DNA of 64,000 bases, taken from Bacilli bacterium. Its GTDB lineage: Bacteria; Bacillota_I; Bacilli_A; RFN20; CAG-826. The stretch lies in the NCBI GenBank assembly GCA_017477255.1, contig JAFUXB010000002.1, positions 29,996 to 93,995 on the forward strand, read 5' to 3'. The position numbers and the translations under genes are program-made. Numbering within the stretch: the stretch's first letter is position 1; every line of letters begins with the position of its first letter. Below are positions 25,529 through 35,032 of this stretch, one piece after another. The notes beneath the pieces were generated by a model. That model ran no database searches and had not been told where the DNA came from. It saw only the letters and a list, made by a program, of their open reading frames with translations.

Positions 25529-27276
25529 TGAAAGAAAATATTAAATACCTTGCTAAATTCTTAAAAAATCACAAATTAATAACGATATGTTCGTTAATTT
25601 TTGCAATTATTGAAATAATTTGTTCAACACTTATTCCTTATTTTATAGGTGAATCAATCGATGTTTTATTTGATTCAAGTTTGTATTCAAATTCTGATTT
25701 ATTTTTAAAATCTATTTTAATCAGAGTTGGAATTCTTCTTGGAATTATAGTTTTAGCTGTAGTTTCTCAATATTTATTTGTGCTTTTATTTAATAACGCA
25801 GTAAATCGAGTTATAAAAGATATAAGATTAGAAATTTTTGAAAAAATTAATTCTTCAAAATTAAAACAAATAGATAAAATGTCTCAAGGAGATATTTTAG
25901 CTAGATGTATTAATGATACAGATAATATTTATATTGGATTAATCAATGGATTTAAACAACTTTATGAAGGTGTTTTGACTTTAATTTTATTAGTTATTTT
26001 AATGCTTTATCAAAGTTGGATTTTAAGTTTAATAGTAGTTGTTTTAACTCCTATTAGTTTATTTATTTCTTATAAAATTGCTAAAGGCAATGATAAATAT
26101 TTTAAAAAACAAGCAAAAGAAAACGGAAATATTTCAAGTTTAGCTTTACAAGATATAAATAATTTAGAATTAATTCAATCAAGTAATGCAGAAGAAGAAA
26201 GAATAAAAGTTTTTAAAGAAAATAATGAAAATCAAAGAAAAGTAGCGTTTAAAGCGATGTTTTTTGCTAGTATTATTAACCCAACAACTAGACTTACTAA
26301 TTATATTGTTTATACACTTGTAGGAACAGTTGGAGTTATTTTAGTAGTAAAAGGAGAAAGTTTAAATTTAAATAGTGCATTAAGTATTGGTACAGTTATT
26401 GCATTTTTACAATATGCTTCAAAATTTGCTAAACCATTAAATGAAATTTCAAGTTGTGTAGGAGAACTTCAAACTGCAAATTCTTCATTAAATAGAGTAA
26501 GAGAATTTATAGCACTTGAAAACGAAGAAAATGGTGATAAAGACATTAATAATTTAATTGATAATATCGAAATAAATAATCTTAAATTTGGTTATAATGA
26601 TAGTCATTATATTTATGAAAATTTATCATTAAATATTAAAAAAGGATCAATGTATGCAATAATTGGACCTACTGGATGCGGGAAAACTACTTTAATTAGT
26701 TTGCTTTTGAAATTTTATTCTTATCAAGATGGTGAAATTAAAATTAATAATGAAAAACTTACTTCTTTGAAAAATGAATCATATAGAAATAATTTTGGAA
26801 TTGTTTTGCAAGAAAGTTGGATATTTGAAGGAAGTGTTTATGATAATTTAACTTATTTAAATAAAGATGTTACAAAAGAAGAAGTTATTGAGGTATGCAA
26901 AAAATGTAATTGTTTGGATTTTATCGAACAAATGCCAAATAAATTTGACACAATCATAAGTAATAATTATGGCTTAAGTGTAGGTCAACAACAATTACTT
27001 TCAATAGCAAGAGTAATGTTAGCTAATAAAGAATTTATTATTTTAGATGAAGCAACAAGTAATGTTGATATACGTACTGAATTTAAAATTGTTCAAGCTT
27101 TAGATGAATTAATGAAAAATAGAACTTCAATAGTCATTGCACATAGACTATCAACAATAAAAAAAGCTGATAAAATCTTTGTTTTAAATGATGGAAAAAT
27201 AGTTGAAGAAGGTAATCATAACGAATTAATAGCAAAAAATAATTTATATTCAAAAATTTATAATTCACAGTTTTAA
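25528..27276 (+). CDS. ABC exporter permease/ATPase subunit (heterodimer partner 2, canonical catalytic residues, degenerate signature)
   Basis: Walker A GPTGCGKTT, Walker B FIILDEATSNVD and H-loop IVIAHRLST are canonical. The signature is LSVGQQQ instead of LSGGQ. ATG overlaps the upstream stop. Confidence 0.88.
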   Translation: MKENIKYLAKFLKNHKLITICSLIFAIIEIICSTLIPYFIGESIDVLFDSSLYSNSDLFLKSILIRVGILLGIIVLAVVSQYLFVLLFNNAVNRVIKDIRLEIFEKINSSKLKQIDKMSQGDILARCINDTDNIYIGLINGFKQLYEGVLTLILLVILMLYQSWILSLIVVVLTPISLFISYKIAKGNDKYFKKQAKENGNISSLALQDINNLELIQSSNAEEERIKVFKENNENQRKVAFKAMFFASIINPTTRLTNYIVYTLVGTVGVILVVKGESLNLNSALSIGTVIAFLQYASKFAKPLNEISSCVGELQTANSSLNRVREFIALENEENGDKDINNLIDNIEINNLKFGYNDSHYIYENLSLNIKKGSMYAIIGPTGCGKTTLISLLLKFYSYQDGEIKINNEKLTSLKNESYRNNFGIVLQESWIFEGSVYDNLTYLNKDVTKEEVIEVCKKCNCLDFIEQMPNKFDTIISNNYGLSVGQQQLLSIARVMLANKEFIILDEATSNVDIRTEFKIVQALDELMKNRTSIVIAHRLSTIKKADKIFVLNDGKIVEEGNHNELIAKNNLYSKIYNSQF

Positions 27277-27450
27277 AATAAATTATGAAGTGTAAAAAAA
27301 AGATTAATTTAGAATTGTTTGAATTAGCCAATTTTGCATATTTGCATTTATCAATTTTCTAAGTTGTTATTTATTAATAAATAAAAGTAGAAATTGCCGT
27401 CTTTAAATGGTATATTTTTATTGTTGTAAAAAGAGGAAAATGAAAAAGAA

Positions 27451-29676
27451 ATGAAAAAAGTATTTGAATTAGAGTTTTATGGAAAAAAACTCGTTGTAGA
27501 AACTGGCGAAATCGCCAAACAAGCCGATGGTGCTGTATTTGTAAGATTTAATGAAACTGTTGTTTTATCTACTGCATGTTGTAGTGATGAACCAAAAGAA
27601 GGAGATTTCTTCCCATTAACTGTCACTTATGAAGAAAAACAATATGCTATTGGTAGAATTCCAGGTGGATTTTTAAGAAGAGAAGGTAGACCAGGAGAAC
27701 ATGCAACTTTAACTGCAAGATTAATTGATCGTCCTATTAGACCAATGTTTAGTGATGGATTTAGAAATGAAGTCCAAATCATTAATACAGTTATGTCAGT
27801 TGATTTAGATGCTACTCCAGAAATGACTGCAATGTTTGGTAGCTCACTTGCATTAGGAATTAGTGATATTCCTTTTGATGGTCCAATTGCAGGAGTTTAT
27901 GTTGGTAGAGTAAATGGAAATCTCGTTATTAATCCAACTGTAGAAGAAAAAGAAAAAAGTGATCTTAATTTAGCAGTTGCTGGTACAAAAGAAGCTATCA
28001 ACATGGTTGAAGCAGGTGCTGCAGAATTAAGTGAAGATGAAATGCTTGATGCAATTATGTTTGGTCATGAAGCAATCAAAAAACTTTGTGGATTCCAAGA
28101 AACTATTATTAAAGAAATTGGAAAACCAAAAAGAGTTGTTGATTTATATGAACCAGATCCAGCTATTAAAGAAGATATTTATTCAAGAATCTACGATAGA
28201 ATGGTTAAAGCAATCTCAATCTTTGATAAACTTGAAAGACAAGCTGCAACTGATGCATTAAGAAAAGAAATTACTGATGATTATGACAATCGTGAATATA
28301 AAAAAGAATCAGATCATAAGAAAACAATGCTTATGGTTAATGATATCTTAGAAGGCATGATTGCAAATGAAGTCAGACGTCTTATTACAGAAGAAAAAAT
28401 TAGACCAGATGGAAGAAAAATTGATGAAATTCGTCCATTAAACGCTCAAGTAGATTTACTCCCAAGAGTTCATGGTTCAGCTATGTTTACTCGTGGACAA
28501 ACTCAAGTTATTTCAACTTGTACACTTGGAACAAAAAATGACGAACAAATCTTAGAAAATTTAACTCCTGAAGATAATAAGAGATGGATGCATCACTATA
28601 ATTTTCCACCATTCTCAGTTGGTGAAATTGGAAGAACTGGCACTCCAGGAAGAAGAGAAATCGGACATGGTGCACTTGGTGAAAGAGCATTATCTTATGT
28701 AATTCCTAGTGAAGAAGAATTCCCATATACTATTAGATGCGTTGCTGAAGTTGTTGAAAGTAACGGATCAAGTTCACAAGCTTCAATTTGTGCTTCATGT
28801 ATGGCACTTATGGCAGCAGGTGTTCCAATTAAAGCTATGGTAAGTGGTATTGCTATGGGTTTAATTACTAGTGGACCACTTGATGGAAAACATCCTTATA
28901 CAATCTTAACTGATATTCAAGGTTTAGAAGATCACTTCGGTGATATGGACTTCAAAGTTGCTGGAACTGAAGCAGGAATTACTGCTTTACAAATGGATAT
29001 TAAGATTAAAGGTGTTACTCGTGAAATCTTACATGATGCATTAGTTCAAGCAAATAAAGCAAGAGCACAAATTAGAGAAGTTATGAAAGGTGCAATTAGT
29101 GAACCAAGAAAAGAACTTTCTAAATATGCTCCAAAATTTGAATCATTCTATATTGATAAAGATAAAATTAAAGATGTTATCGGAAGTGGCGGCAAAGTCA
29201 TTAATGAAATCATTGAAAAATGTAATGAAGTTAAGATTGATATCGATGATGATGGTAAAGTAACAATTTATCATACAGATAAAGAAGCAATTGAAAAAGC
29301 TTCAAAAATGATTGAAAACATCGTTAGAGTCGCAGAAGTTGGTGAAATTTTTGTTGGAACTGTAACTCGTGTTGAAGACTATGGTGCATTTGTTTCATTA
29401 TTTGGAGATAAAGAAGGTTTATGCCATGTATCAAAACTTTCTAACGGATATGTTGCTAGTGCAAAAGATGTCGTTAGAGTTGGTGAAAAATTAAAAGTTA
29501 AAGTCATCGATGTTGATGATCATGGAAAAATCAAAGTTTCACATAAAGAATTTGCTGAAAAAGTAGAAAAACAACCTAAAGAAGTTAAAAAAGAAGAAAA
29601 GGTTGAAGAAGTTAAAGAAGAACCAAAGGTTGAAGAAAAACCTAAAAAAAGAGGACTCTTTGGTAGAAAAAAATAA
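27451..29676 (+). CDS. pnp: Polyribonucleotide nucleotidyltransferase (PNPase) with Lys/Glu-rich C-terminal tail
   Basis: Two RNase PH domains (FPLTVTYEEKQYAIGRIPGGFLRREGRP; FGDMDFKVAGT), a KH domain (IKDVIGSGGKVINEI) and an S1 domain (GEIFVGTVTRVEDYGAFVSL). Confidence 0.95.
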   Translation: MKKVFELEFYGKKLVVETGEIAKQADGAVFVRFNETVVLSTACCSDEPKEGDFFPLTVTYEEKQYAIGRIPGGFLRREGRPGEHATLTARLIDRPIRPMFSDGFRNEVQIINTVMSVDLDATPEMTAMFGSSLALGISDIPFDGPIAGVYVGRVNGNLVINPTVEEKEKSDLNLAVAGTKEAINMVEAGAAELSEDEMLDAIMFGHEAIKKLCGFQETIIKEIGKPKRVVDLYEPDPAIKEDIYSRIYDRMVKAISIFDKLERQAATDALRKEITDDYDNREYKKESDHKKTMLMVNDILEGMIANEVRRLITEEKIRPDGRKIDEIRPLNAQVDLLPRVHGSAMFTRGQTQVISTCTLGTKNDEQILENLTPEDNKRWMHHYNFPPFSVGEIGRTGTPGRREIGHGALGERALSYVIPSEEEFPYTIRCVAEVVESNGSSSQASICASCMALMAAGVPIKAMVSGIAMGLITSGPLDGKHPYTILTDIQGLEDHFGDMDFKVAGTEAGITALQMDIKIKGVTREILHDALVQANKARAQIREVMKGAISEPRKELSKYAPKFESFYIDKDKIKDVIGSGGKVINEIIEKCNEVKIDIDDDGKVTIYHTDKEAIEKASKMIENIVRVAEVGEIFVGTVTRVEDYGAFVSLFGDKEGLCHVSKLSNGYVASAKDVVRVGEKLKVKVIDVDDHGKIKVSHKEFAEKVEKQPKEVKKEEKVEEVKEEPKVEEKPKKRGLFGRKK

Positions 29677-29687
29677 AAATTAATAAG

Positions 29688-29710
29688 AAGCAATCGTAAG
29701 ATTGCTTTTT
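29688..29710 (+). terminator. Rho-independent terminator after pnp
   Basis: Stem AAGCAATC (29688-29695) / GATTGCTT (29700-29707), loop GTAA, followed by a T-run. Confidence 0.75.
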
Positions 29711-29771
29711 AATAGTTTTAAAAAGATTTAATTTAAGTTATAATTTATAAAAATTATATATAGGGAAAATT

Positions 29772-31466
29772 ATGGACAAAATTAAAGTATTTGCGCTTGG
29801 CGGTCTTGATGAAGAAGGAAAAGACCTTTATTGTATAGAAATTAATGAAAAAATCTTTGTAATTAATGCTGGATATAAACATCCAACAAAATTTACTCCA
29901 GGAATCGATTTTATTATCGCTGATTTTACATATTTAAAAGAGAATAAAGAAAGAATTGCAGCTTATATTGTTCCAAAAAATAAAGCTAAGCATTTTGGCG
30001 CCCTTCCTTATATATATAGAGAATGTCCAGCTCCAATATATTGCACTGAAATAACAAAAACATTTTTTGAAATATTTGCTAAAGAATATGAACAAATGCA
30101 AGATTTTGATTTTAGAATTGTTAATTTACCTTCTAAAATTGAAATCGCTGGTTATGAATTTACAATATTTGCAACATGTAGTAGTGCACCATCATCATTT
30201 GGATTTTCTATTTCAACTGATTTAGGTAATATTGTATTTTCTGGCGATTACATCATTGAATATAACAATTCAAAAGAATTTTATTTTGATTTAAATACTG
30301 TTGGTAAAATTGCTGAAAAACCTACACTTTTATTAATGTGTGATTCAACAAATGCTAATAAAAAAGGATATTGTTCACCACACAATAAATTAACTCCATA
30401 TCTTGAACAATTCTTTAAAAAAGCTAATGGTAGAATATTTATTGCTTTTGCAAATGACAATTTTTATCATATGGAAGAAATTTTTAGATTGTGTAATGAA
30501 TACAATAAGAAAATTTGCTTTTATGACGATGTAGTCTATAATTTATATCTTTTAAGTTGTAATTTAAGAGGTACAATGGAGACATTCTCAAAGCAATCAA
30601 TTATTAATAGAGAAGATGTTTTAAGAGTAAAAGAAAAAGATTTAGTTATTTTAATGTCTGATGAAAAAGAAGAACTTTATGAAAAAGTTTCTTTATTTGT
30701 TAATAATGAACATGAATTTAAACTTTTACATATAAATCATAACGATACATTTATCATGGCTTGCCCACCAAGTGATTCAAATGAAGTTATTTTTACTTCA
30801 ACAATTGATGAACTTTATAAAGCAGGTTGTGCAGTTAAATATTTAACAAGTAAAGATCTTGATAAAATGCATGGCTATGAAGAAGATATTAGAATGCTTT
30901 TAAGTTTATTAAAACCAAAATATTATTTCCCAGTTGAAGGATATTATGTAAATTTATTATCAAACGCAAAAATTGCATTTGATATGAATATTAATTTATC
31001 TCACAATAATATCTTTTTATTAGATAGTGGACATGCAATTTGTATCGATGAAAACGGAGCTAAATTAGATTTTAATAATGAAAATAAAATTGCAATTGGT
31101 GATGTTATGATCGATGGAATTGGTGTTGGTGATGTTGTTAATGAAATCATTAATGATAGAAATAGACTTGGCACTGATGGAGTAATAGTTTTAGGTTGTG
31201 GAGTTAGTAAAAAAGAAAGAAAAATTGCTTATGGACCAGATGTTCAAATGAGGGGATTTTTATTCTTAAAAGATAAAGATGCTGATGCATTATTAAAAGA
31301 AATTTCTGAATTATTTGTTAGTGCAGTTGAACAATGGCTTCAAACAACAGAAGATTTCAATGATGAAATCGTTTCAAATATTGTTAAAGATGCAGCAAAC
31401 AAATATATTTATAAACAATTAAATAGAAATCCAGCTATAAAACCTTGTGTTGTAATAGTTGATTAA
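29772..31466 (+). CDS. rnj: RNase J-family protein with degenerate active site (RNase J2-like pseudoenzyme candidate)
   Basis: RNase J fold markers: KVFALGGLDEEGKDLYCIEI, LLLMCDSTNANKKGY, and KPKYYFPVEGYY in place of PVHGE. The HxHxDH motif position reads IVPKNKAKHFGALPY instead of ITHGHEDHIGALPY, and other His ligands are also substituted. Confidence 0.75.
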   Translation: MDKIKVFALGGLDEEGKDLYCIEINEKIFVINAGYKHPTKFTPGIDFIIADFTYLKENKERIAAYIVPKNKAKHFGALPYIYRECPAPIYCTEITKTFFEIFAKEYEQMQDFDFRIVNLPSKIEIAGYEFTIFATCSSAPSSFGFSISTDLGNIVFSGDYIIEYNNSKEFYFDLNTVGKIAEKPTLLLMCDSTNANKKGYCSPHNKLTPYLEQFFKKANGRIFIAFANDNFYHMEEIFRLCNEYNKKICFYDDVVYNLYLLSCNLRGTMETFSKQSIINREDVLRVKEKDLVILMSDEKEELYEKVSLFVNNEHEFKLLHINHNDTFIMACPPSDSNEVIFTSTIDELYKAGCAVKYLTSKDLDKMHGYEEDIRMLLSLLKPKYYFPVEGYYVNLLSNAKIAFDMNINLSHNNIFLLDSGHAICIDENGAKLDFNNENKIAIGDVMIDGIGVGDVVNEIINDRNRLGTDGVIVLGCGVSKKERKIAYGPDVQMRGFLFLKDKDADALLKEISELFVSAVEQWLQTTEDFNDEIVSNIVKDAANKYIYKQLNRNPAIKPCVVIVD

Positions 31467-31483
31467 TGTTTATCCAAATTAAT

Positions 31484-31512
31484 TTGATATTTATATCAAA
31501 TTTAAGTAAAAT
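31484..31512 (+). promoter_or_regulatory. Promoter of the ileS leader: TTGATA-N17-TAAAAT
   Basis: TTGATA at 31484-31489, TAAAAT at 31507-31512. Confidence 0.6.
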
Positions 31513-31518
31513 AGAGTT

Positions 31519-31702
31519 CGAAGACAAGTTTAATTAATAAATTTATCTACAGAGAAAGTAATATTAGCTGAGAATTACTAATAAAAATTAATTAAATATC
31601 ACTTCCTAGATCAAATTTTTAAAATAAGTGATAGTAGAAATTCTACTATAACTAAGGTGGTACCACGTTAATAGCGTCCTTAGAATTTCTAAGGACTTTT
31701 TT
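31519..31702 (+). promoter_or_regulatory. T-box riboswitch leader, Ile specifier (AUC)
   Basis: T-box sequence AACTAAGGTGGTACCACG is at 31650-31667. Stem I elements are AGAGAAAG and GCTGAGA. The candidate specifier ATC at 31608-31610 is followed by A. Terminator stem is GTCCTTAGA (31676-31684) / TCTAAGGAC (31688-31696) plus T6. The antiterminator alternative pairs CTAAGG with CCTTAG. Confidence 0.85.
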
Positions 31703-31721
31703 ATATAAGTAGGAGTTAAAT

Positions 31722-34475
31722 ATGGAAATCAAACAAAGTTTATTAATGCCTAAGACAAATTTCGAAATGAGAGGTAATTTAGCTCAAAAAGAGCCAAAAC
31801 TCATTGAAAAATGGGAAAAACAAGACATTTATAACAAAATGAATGCAAATAGAAGTAATGTAAATGAATTCGTTTTACATGATGGTCCTCCATATGCAAA
31901 TGGAAATATGCATTGCGGACATATGTTTAATAGAATCTTAAAAGATTTCATTTTACGTTATAAAAATATGTCAGGTTATAAGACACCATTTATTTTTGGT
32001 TGGGATACTCATGGACTTCCAATTGAAAACATGGTCACTAAAAGTGGTGTTAATAGAAAAACAACTCCAATAGCAGAATTTAGAGAAAAATGTAGAGAAT
32101 ATGCCTTAAAACAAGTTGAAAACCAAAAAGCTCAAATTAAAAGACTTGGTGTTTTAGGCGATTATGAACATCCATATTTAACACTTTTAAAAGAATTTGA
32201 AGCAGATGAAATTCATGCCTTCCGTGAAATGGCTTTAAAAGGATTAATTTATAAAGGGCTTAAACCAGTTTATTGGTCTCCATCTAGTGAATCAGCTTTA
32301 GCTGAAGCAGAAATTGAATATGCTGATGTTACAGCTTATACAATTTATGTTACACTCGATGTAATCGATGGAAAAGGAGTTGTTGATAATGATGCAAAAT
32401 TCGTTATTTGGACAACAACACCTTGGACTTTACCTGCAAACCTTGGAATTTGTGCTCACCCAGATTTTACTTATGGTGAATTTAGTACAAATAGAGGAAA
32501 ATTAATCTTTTTAACTGATTTAAAAGAATTATTAGTTGAAAAACTTGAACTTACTAAATGTGAATTAATTAAAGAATTTAAAGGAAAAGAGCTTGAATAT
32601 TGTAAAGCTAAACATCCTTTCTATGATAGAGAATCACTTGTAATGGTTGATGAATATGTCACAGCTGATAGTGGTACTGGACTTGTTCATATTGCTCCAG
32701 GACATGGTGAAGATGACTTTAAAGTTTCATTAAGATATGGAATTAAACCATATTGTCCAGTTGATTCACATGGTAAATTAACTGAAGATGCTGGTGAAAG
32801 ACTTGCTGGACTTTTCTATGAAGATGCAAATGCTGAAGTTTTAAAGATTTTAGAAGAAAATAAAGCATTACTTAAAGAAGAAGATATCGTCCATAGCTAT
32901 CCACATGACTGGAGAACACATAAACCAGTTATTTTTAGAGCAACTCCACAATGGTTCTGCTCAATTTCGCCAATTAGAGACAAAATTATTGAACAAATTC
33001 ATAAAACTACTTGGTCACCAAAATGGGGTGAAACAAGAATGGTTAATATGATTAAAGATAGAAATGACTGGTGTATTTCACGTCAAAGAGCTTGGGGTGT
33101 ACCAATTCCAATTATTTATTGTGAAGATGAAACTCCAATCATTGATGAAAAAGTATTCGATCATATCGAACAAATTATTAGAGAAAAAGGCAGTAATGCT
33201 TGGTATGAATTAACAGAAAAAGAATTACTTCCAGAAGGTTATAAAAACGAACATTCACCACATGGTGTATTTAAAAAAGAAAAAGATATTATGGATGTTT
33301 GGTTTGATAGTGGAAGCTCTTGGAATGGAGTTTTATGCGAAAGAGGAATTAAATACCCAGCAGATTTATATCTTGAAGGTAGCGACCAATATAGAGGTTG
33401 GTTTAACTCAAGTTTAATTATTAGTGTTGCTATGAATGATGTGGCACCATATAAATCAGTTGTAAGCCATGGCTTTGTTATGGATGAAAACTGGGAAAAG
33501 ATGTCAAAATCTAAAGGAAATGGTATTGACCCATTAAAAATCGCCAATGTTTATGGTAGTGATATCTTAAGACTTTGGGCAAGTATGGTTGATTATCAAC
33601 AAGATGTTAGAATTAGCGAAGATTTAGTTGGTAAAATAGCTGAAATTTACCGTAAAATTCGTAATACATTTAAATTTATCTTAGGCAACTTATCTAATGG
33701 TTCACTTGAAGATACATTTAAAGAAGAAGATAAACAAGAAGAATTAGAAGTAATTGATGAATATGTTTTAGCTAAATTAGAAAAAACTAAAAACGCATTT
33801 ATTAAATTCATGAATGAATATAATTTCATTGGTGCAATCGGAGAAATTACTAGATTTATTAGTGATGATTTAAATAGTTTCTATCTTGAAATTGCTAAAG
33901 ATATCTTATATTGCACAGAAAAAGAAGGAAAACGTAGATTACAAGTCCAAACTGTATTAAATGAAGTTTGCTATACTTTAATGCTTTTATTAAACCCAAT
34001 TATTCCATTCACAATGGATGAAGTTAATGAAAATTACCCATTAAAGAGTAAAGAAAACGTTCAATTATACGATTTCCCAGTCGTTACAAATAAATATTCT
34101 GATAAATTAATTGAAGACTACAACTTATTAAAAGCTTTAAGAGCTGATGTTTTAAAAGCTTTAGAAGATGCAAGACAAGAAAAGGTTATTGGTTCAAGCC
34201 AAGAAGCAATGGTTTATATAGATATTAATGACACTAGAATTATCGATTTAATCGATGATATCGATGAAGAAGAACTTGAAAGAATCTTCGTTGTATCTAA
34301 AGTAGTTTTACAAGAAGGTTTAAAAGGACAAGAATTAAGTGTTTCAACTGTTTTAGTTAAGAAACATGATGGAATAAAATGTGATCGTTGTTGGAATTAT
34401 AAAAACAATGATGAAATCACTGAAATTGAAGGAGCTCATTTATGTCCACGTTGCCAGAAAGCAATGAAACTTTAG
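31722..34475 (+). CDS. ileS: Isoleucine--tRNA ligase
   Basis: HIGH-type motif PYANGNMHCGH, KMSKS (EKMSKSKGNGI), and a C-terminal Zn-finger CDRCWNY...CPRC. 917 aa. Confidence 0.96.
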   Translation: MEIKQSLLMPKTNFEMRGNLAQKEPKLIEKWEKQDIYNKMNANRSNVNEFVLHDGPPYANGNMHCGHMFNRILKDFILRYKNMSGYKTPFIFGWDTHGLPIENMVTKSGVNRKTTPIAEFREKCREYALKQVENQKAQIKRLGVLGDYEHPYLTLLKEFEADEIHAFREMALKGLIYKGLKPVYWSPSSESALAEAEIEYADVTAYTIYVTLDVIDGKGVVDNDAKFVIWTTTPWTLPANLGICAHPDFTYGEFSTNRGKLIFLTDLKELLVEKLELTKCELIKEFKGKELEYCKAKHPFYDRESLVMVDEYVTADSGTGLVHIAPGHGEDDFKVSLRYGIKPYCPVDSHGKLTEDAGERLAGLFYEDANAEVLKILEENKALLKEEDIVHSYPHDWRTHKPVIFRATPQWFCSISPIRDKIIEQIHKTTWSPKWGETRMVNMIKDRNDWCISRQRAWGVPIPIIYCEDETPIIDEKVFDHIEQIIREKGSNAWYELTEKELLPEGYKNEHSPHGVFKKEKDIMDVWFDSGSSWNGVLCERGIKYPADLYLEGSDQYRGWFNSSLIISVAMNDVAPYKSVVSHGFVMDENWEKMSKSKGNGIDPLKIANVYGSDILRLWASMVDYQQDVRISEDLVGKIAEIYRKIRNTFKFILGNLSNGSLEDTFKEEDKQEELEVIDEYVLAKLEKTKNAFIKFMNEYNFIGAIGEITRFISDDLNSFYLEIAKDILYCTEKEGKRRLQVQTVLNEVCYTLMLLLNPIIPFTMDEVNENYPLKSKENVQLYDFPVVTNKYSDKLIEDYNLLKALRADVLKALEDARQEKVIGSSQEAMVYIDINDTRIIDLIDDIDEEELERIFVVSKVVLQEGLKGQELSVSTVLVKKHDGIKCDRCWNYKNNDEITEIEGAHLCPRCQKAMKL

Positions 34476-35032
34476 TTGAAAATAAAGAATTAAGTACTAA
34501 AGAAAAGATTTTTAACTATCTTAAATGGTTTTTTAAATCATTTATTTGGGTTGCTATTCTTTGTGTTGTGATTGACGTAATAAGTAAGGTTTTATGCATG
34601 AAATACCTCCCAGAAGGCGATTCTGTGCAATTTATTCCAGGATTACTTAAATTTACTTTAGTTTTTAATAAAGGAGCCGCCTGGAGCATTGGAGGAGGAG
34701 CTGATTGGAGTAGAATCTTACTCTGTGTTATATCTTGGGCAGCAGCTGTAGGTATTATTGTTTACTTTATTTTAAAATACAAAACTCTCAATCTCTTATC
34801 TAAATTTACATTAATGCTAGTTTTAGGAGGAGATGTTGGAAATTTAATTGATAGAACATTTTTCTATAATAGAGGAGTGTGTGATTTCTTTGATATTACT
34901 GAGTTTATTCCAGGCTTTGGAATATTCAATGTTGCCGATAGTTTCCTTGTCGTTGGAGTAATTTTGTTCATCGTTATCATTTTTATAGATATGATTAAAG
35001 AAAACCTTAAAGGAAAGAATAGTGGAAAATAA
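34442..35032 (+). CDS. lspA: Lipoprotein signal peptidase (signal peptidase II)
   Basis: VFNKGAAWSIG, GGDVGNLIDR and IFNVADSFLVVG motifs with 4 TM segments. The only in-frame ATG overlaps the ileS 3' end by 34 nt. Confidence 0.85.
   Translation: MSTLPESNETLVENKELSTKEKIFNYLKWFFKSFIWVAILCVVIDVISKVLCMKYLPEGDSVQFIPGLLKFTLVFNKGAAWSIGGGADWSRILLCVISWAAAVGIIVYFILKYKTLNLLSKFTLMLVLGGDVGNLIDRTFFYNRGVCDFFDITEFIPGFGIFNVADSFLVVGVILFIVIIFIDMIKENLKGKNSGK

Noticed and set aside
27285-27362. 25-aa ORF (MKCKKKINLELFELANFAYLHLSIF) just downstream of the ABC exporter genes, considered as a possible exported peptide
   Set aside because: It has no SD and no leader-peptide motif (no GG cleavage site). The ABC proteins lack a C39 peptidase domain. 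An ORF this short is expected by chance.
27367-27384. 18-bp perfect AT-only palindrome TTATTTATTAATAAATAA upstream of pnp, plus the tandem ATTTGCAT repeat at about 27330-27348
   Set aside because: All-AT palindromes of this length are expected several times by chance in 64 kb of ~30% GC DNA. No T-run follows and no positional logic is apparent.
27440-27454. 4-codon mini-ORF (ATG AAA AAG AAA TGA) overlapping the pnp start, considered as a regulatory uORF
   Set aside because: The AGAGGA SD is only 2 nt from this ATG, which is too close. An A-rich sequence makes such mini-ORFs trivial, and there is no supporting structure.
31484-31499. TTGATAT-N2-ATATCAA palindrome at the ileS promoter, considered as an FNR/CRP-type site
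   Set aside because: The spacing (TTGAT-N6-ATCAA) does not match the FNR/CRP consensus (N4). It is most simply explained as the -35 hexamer plus AT-rich spacer.
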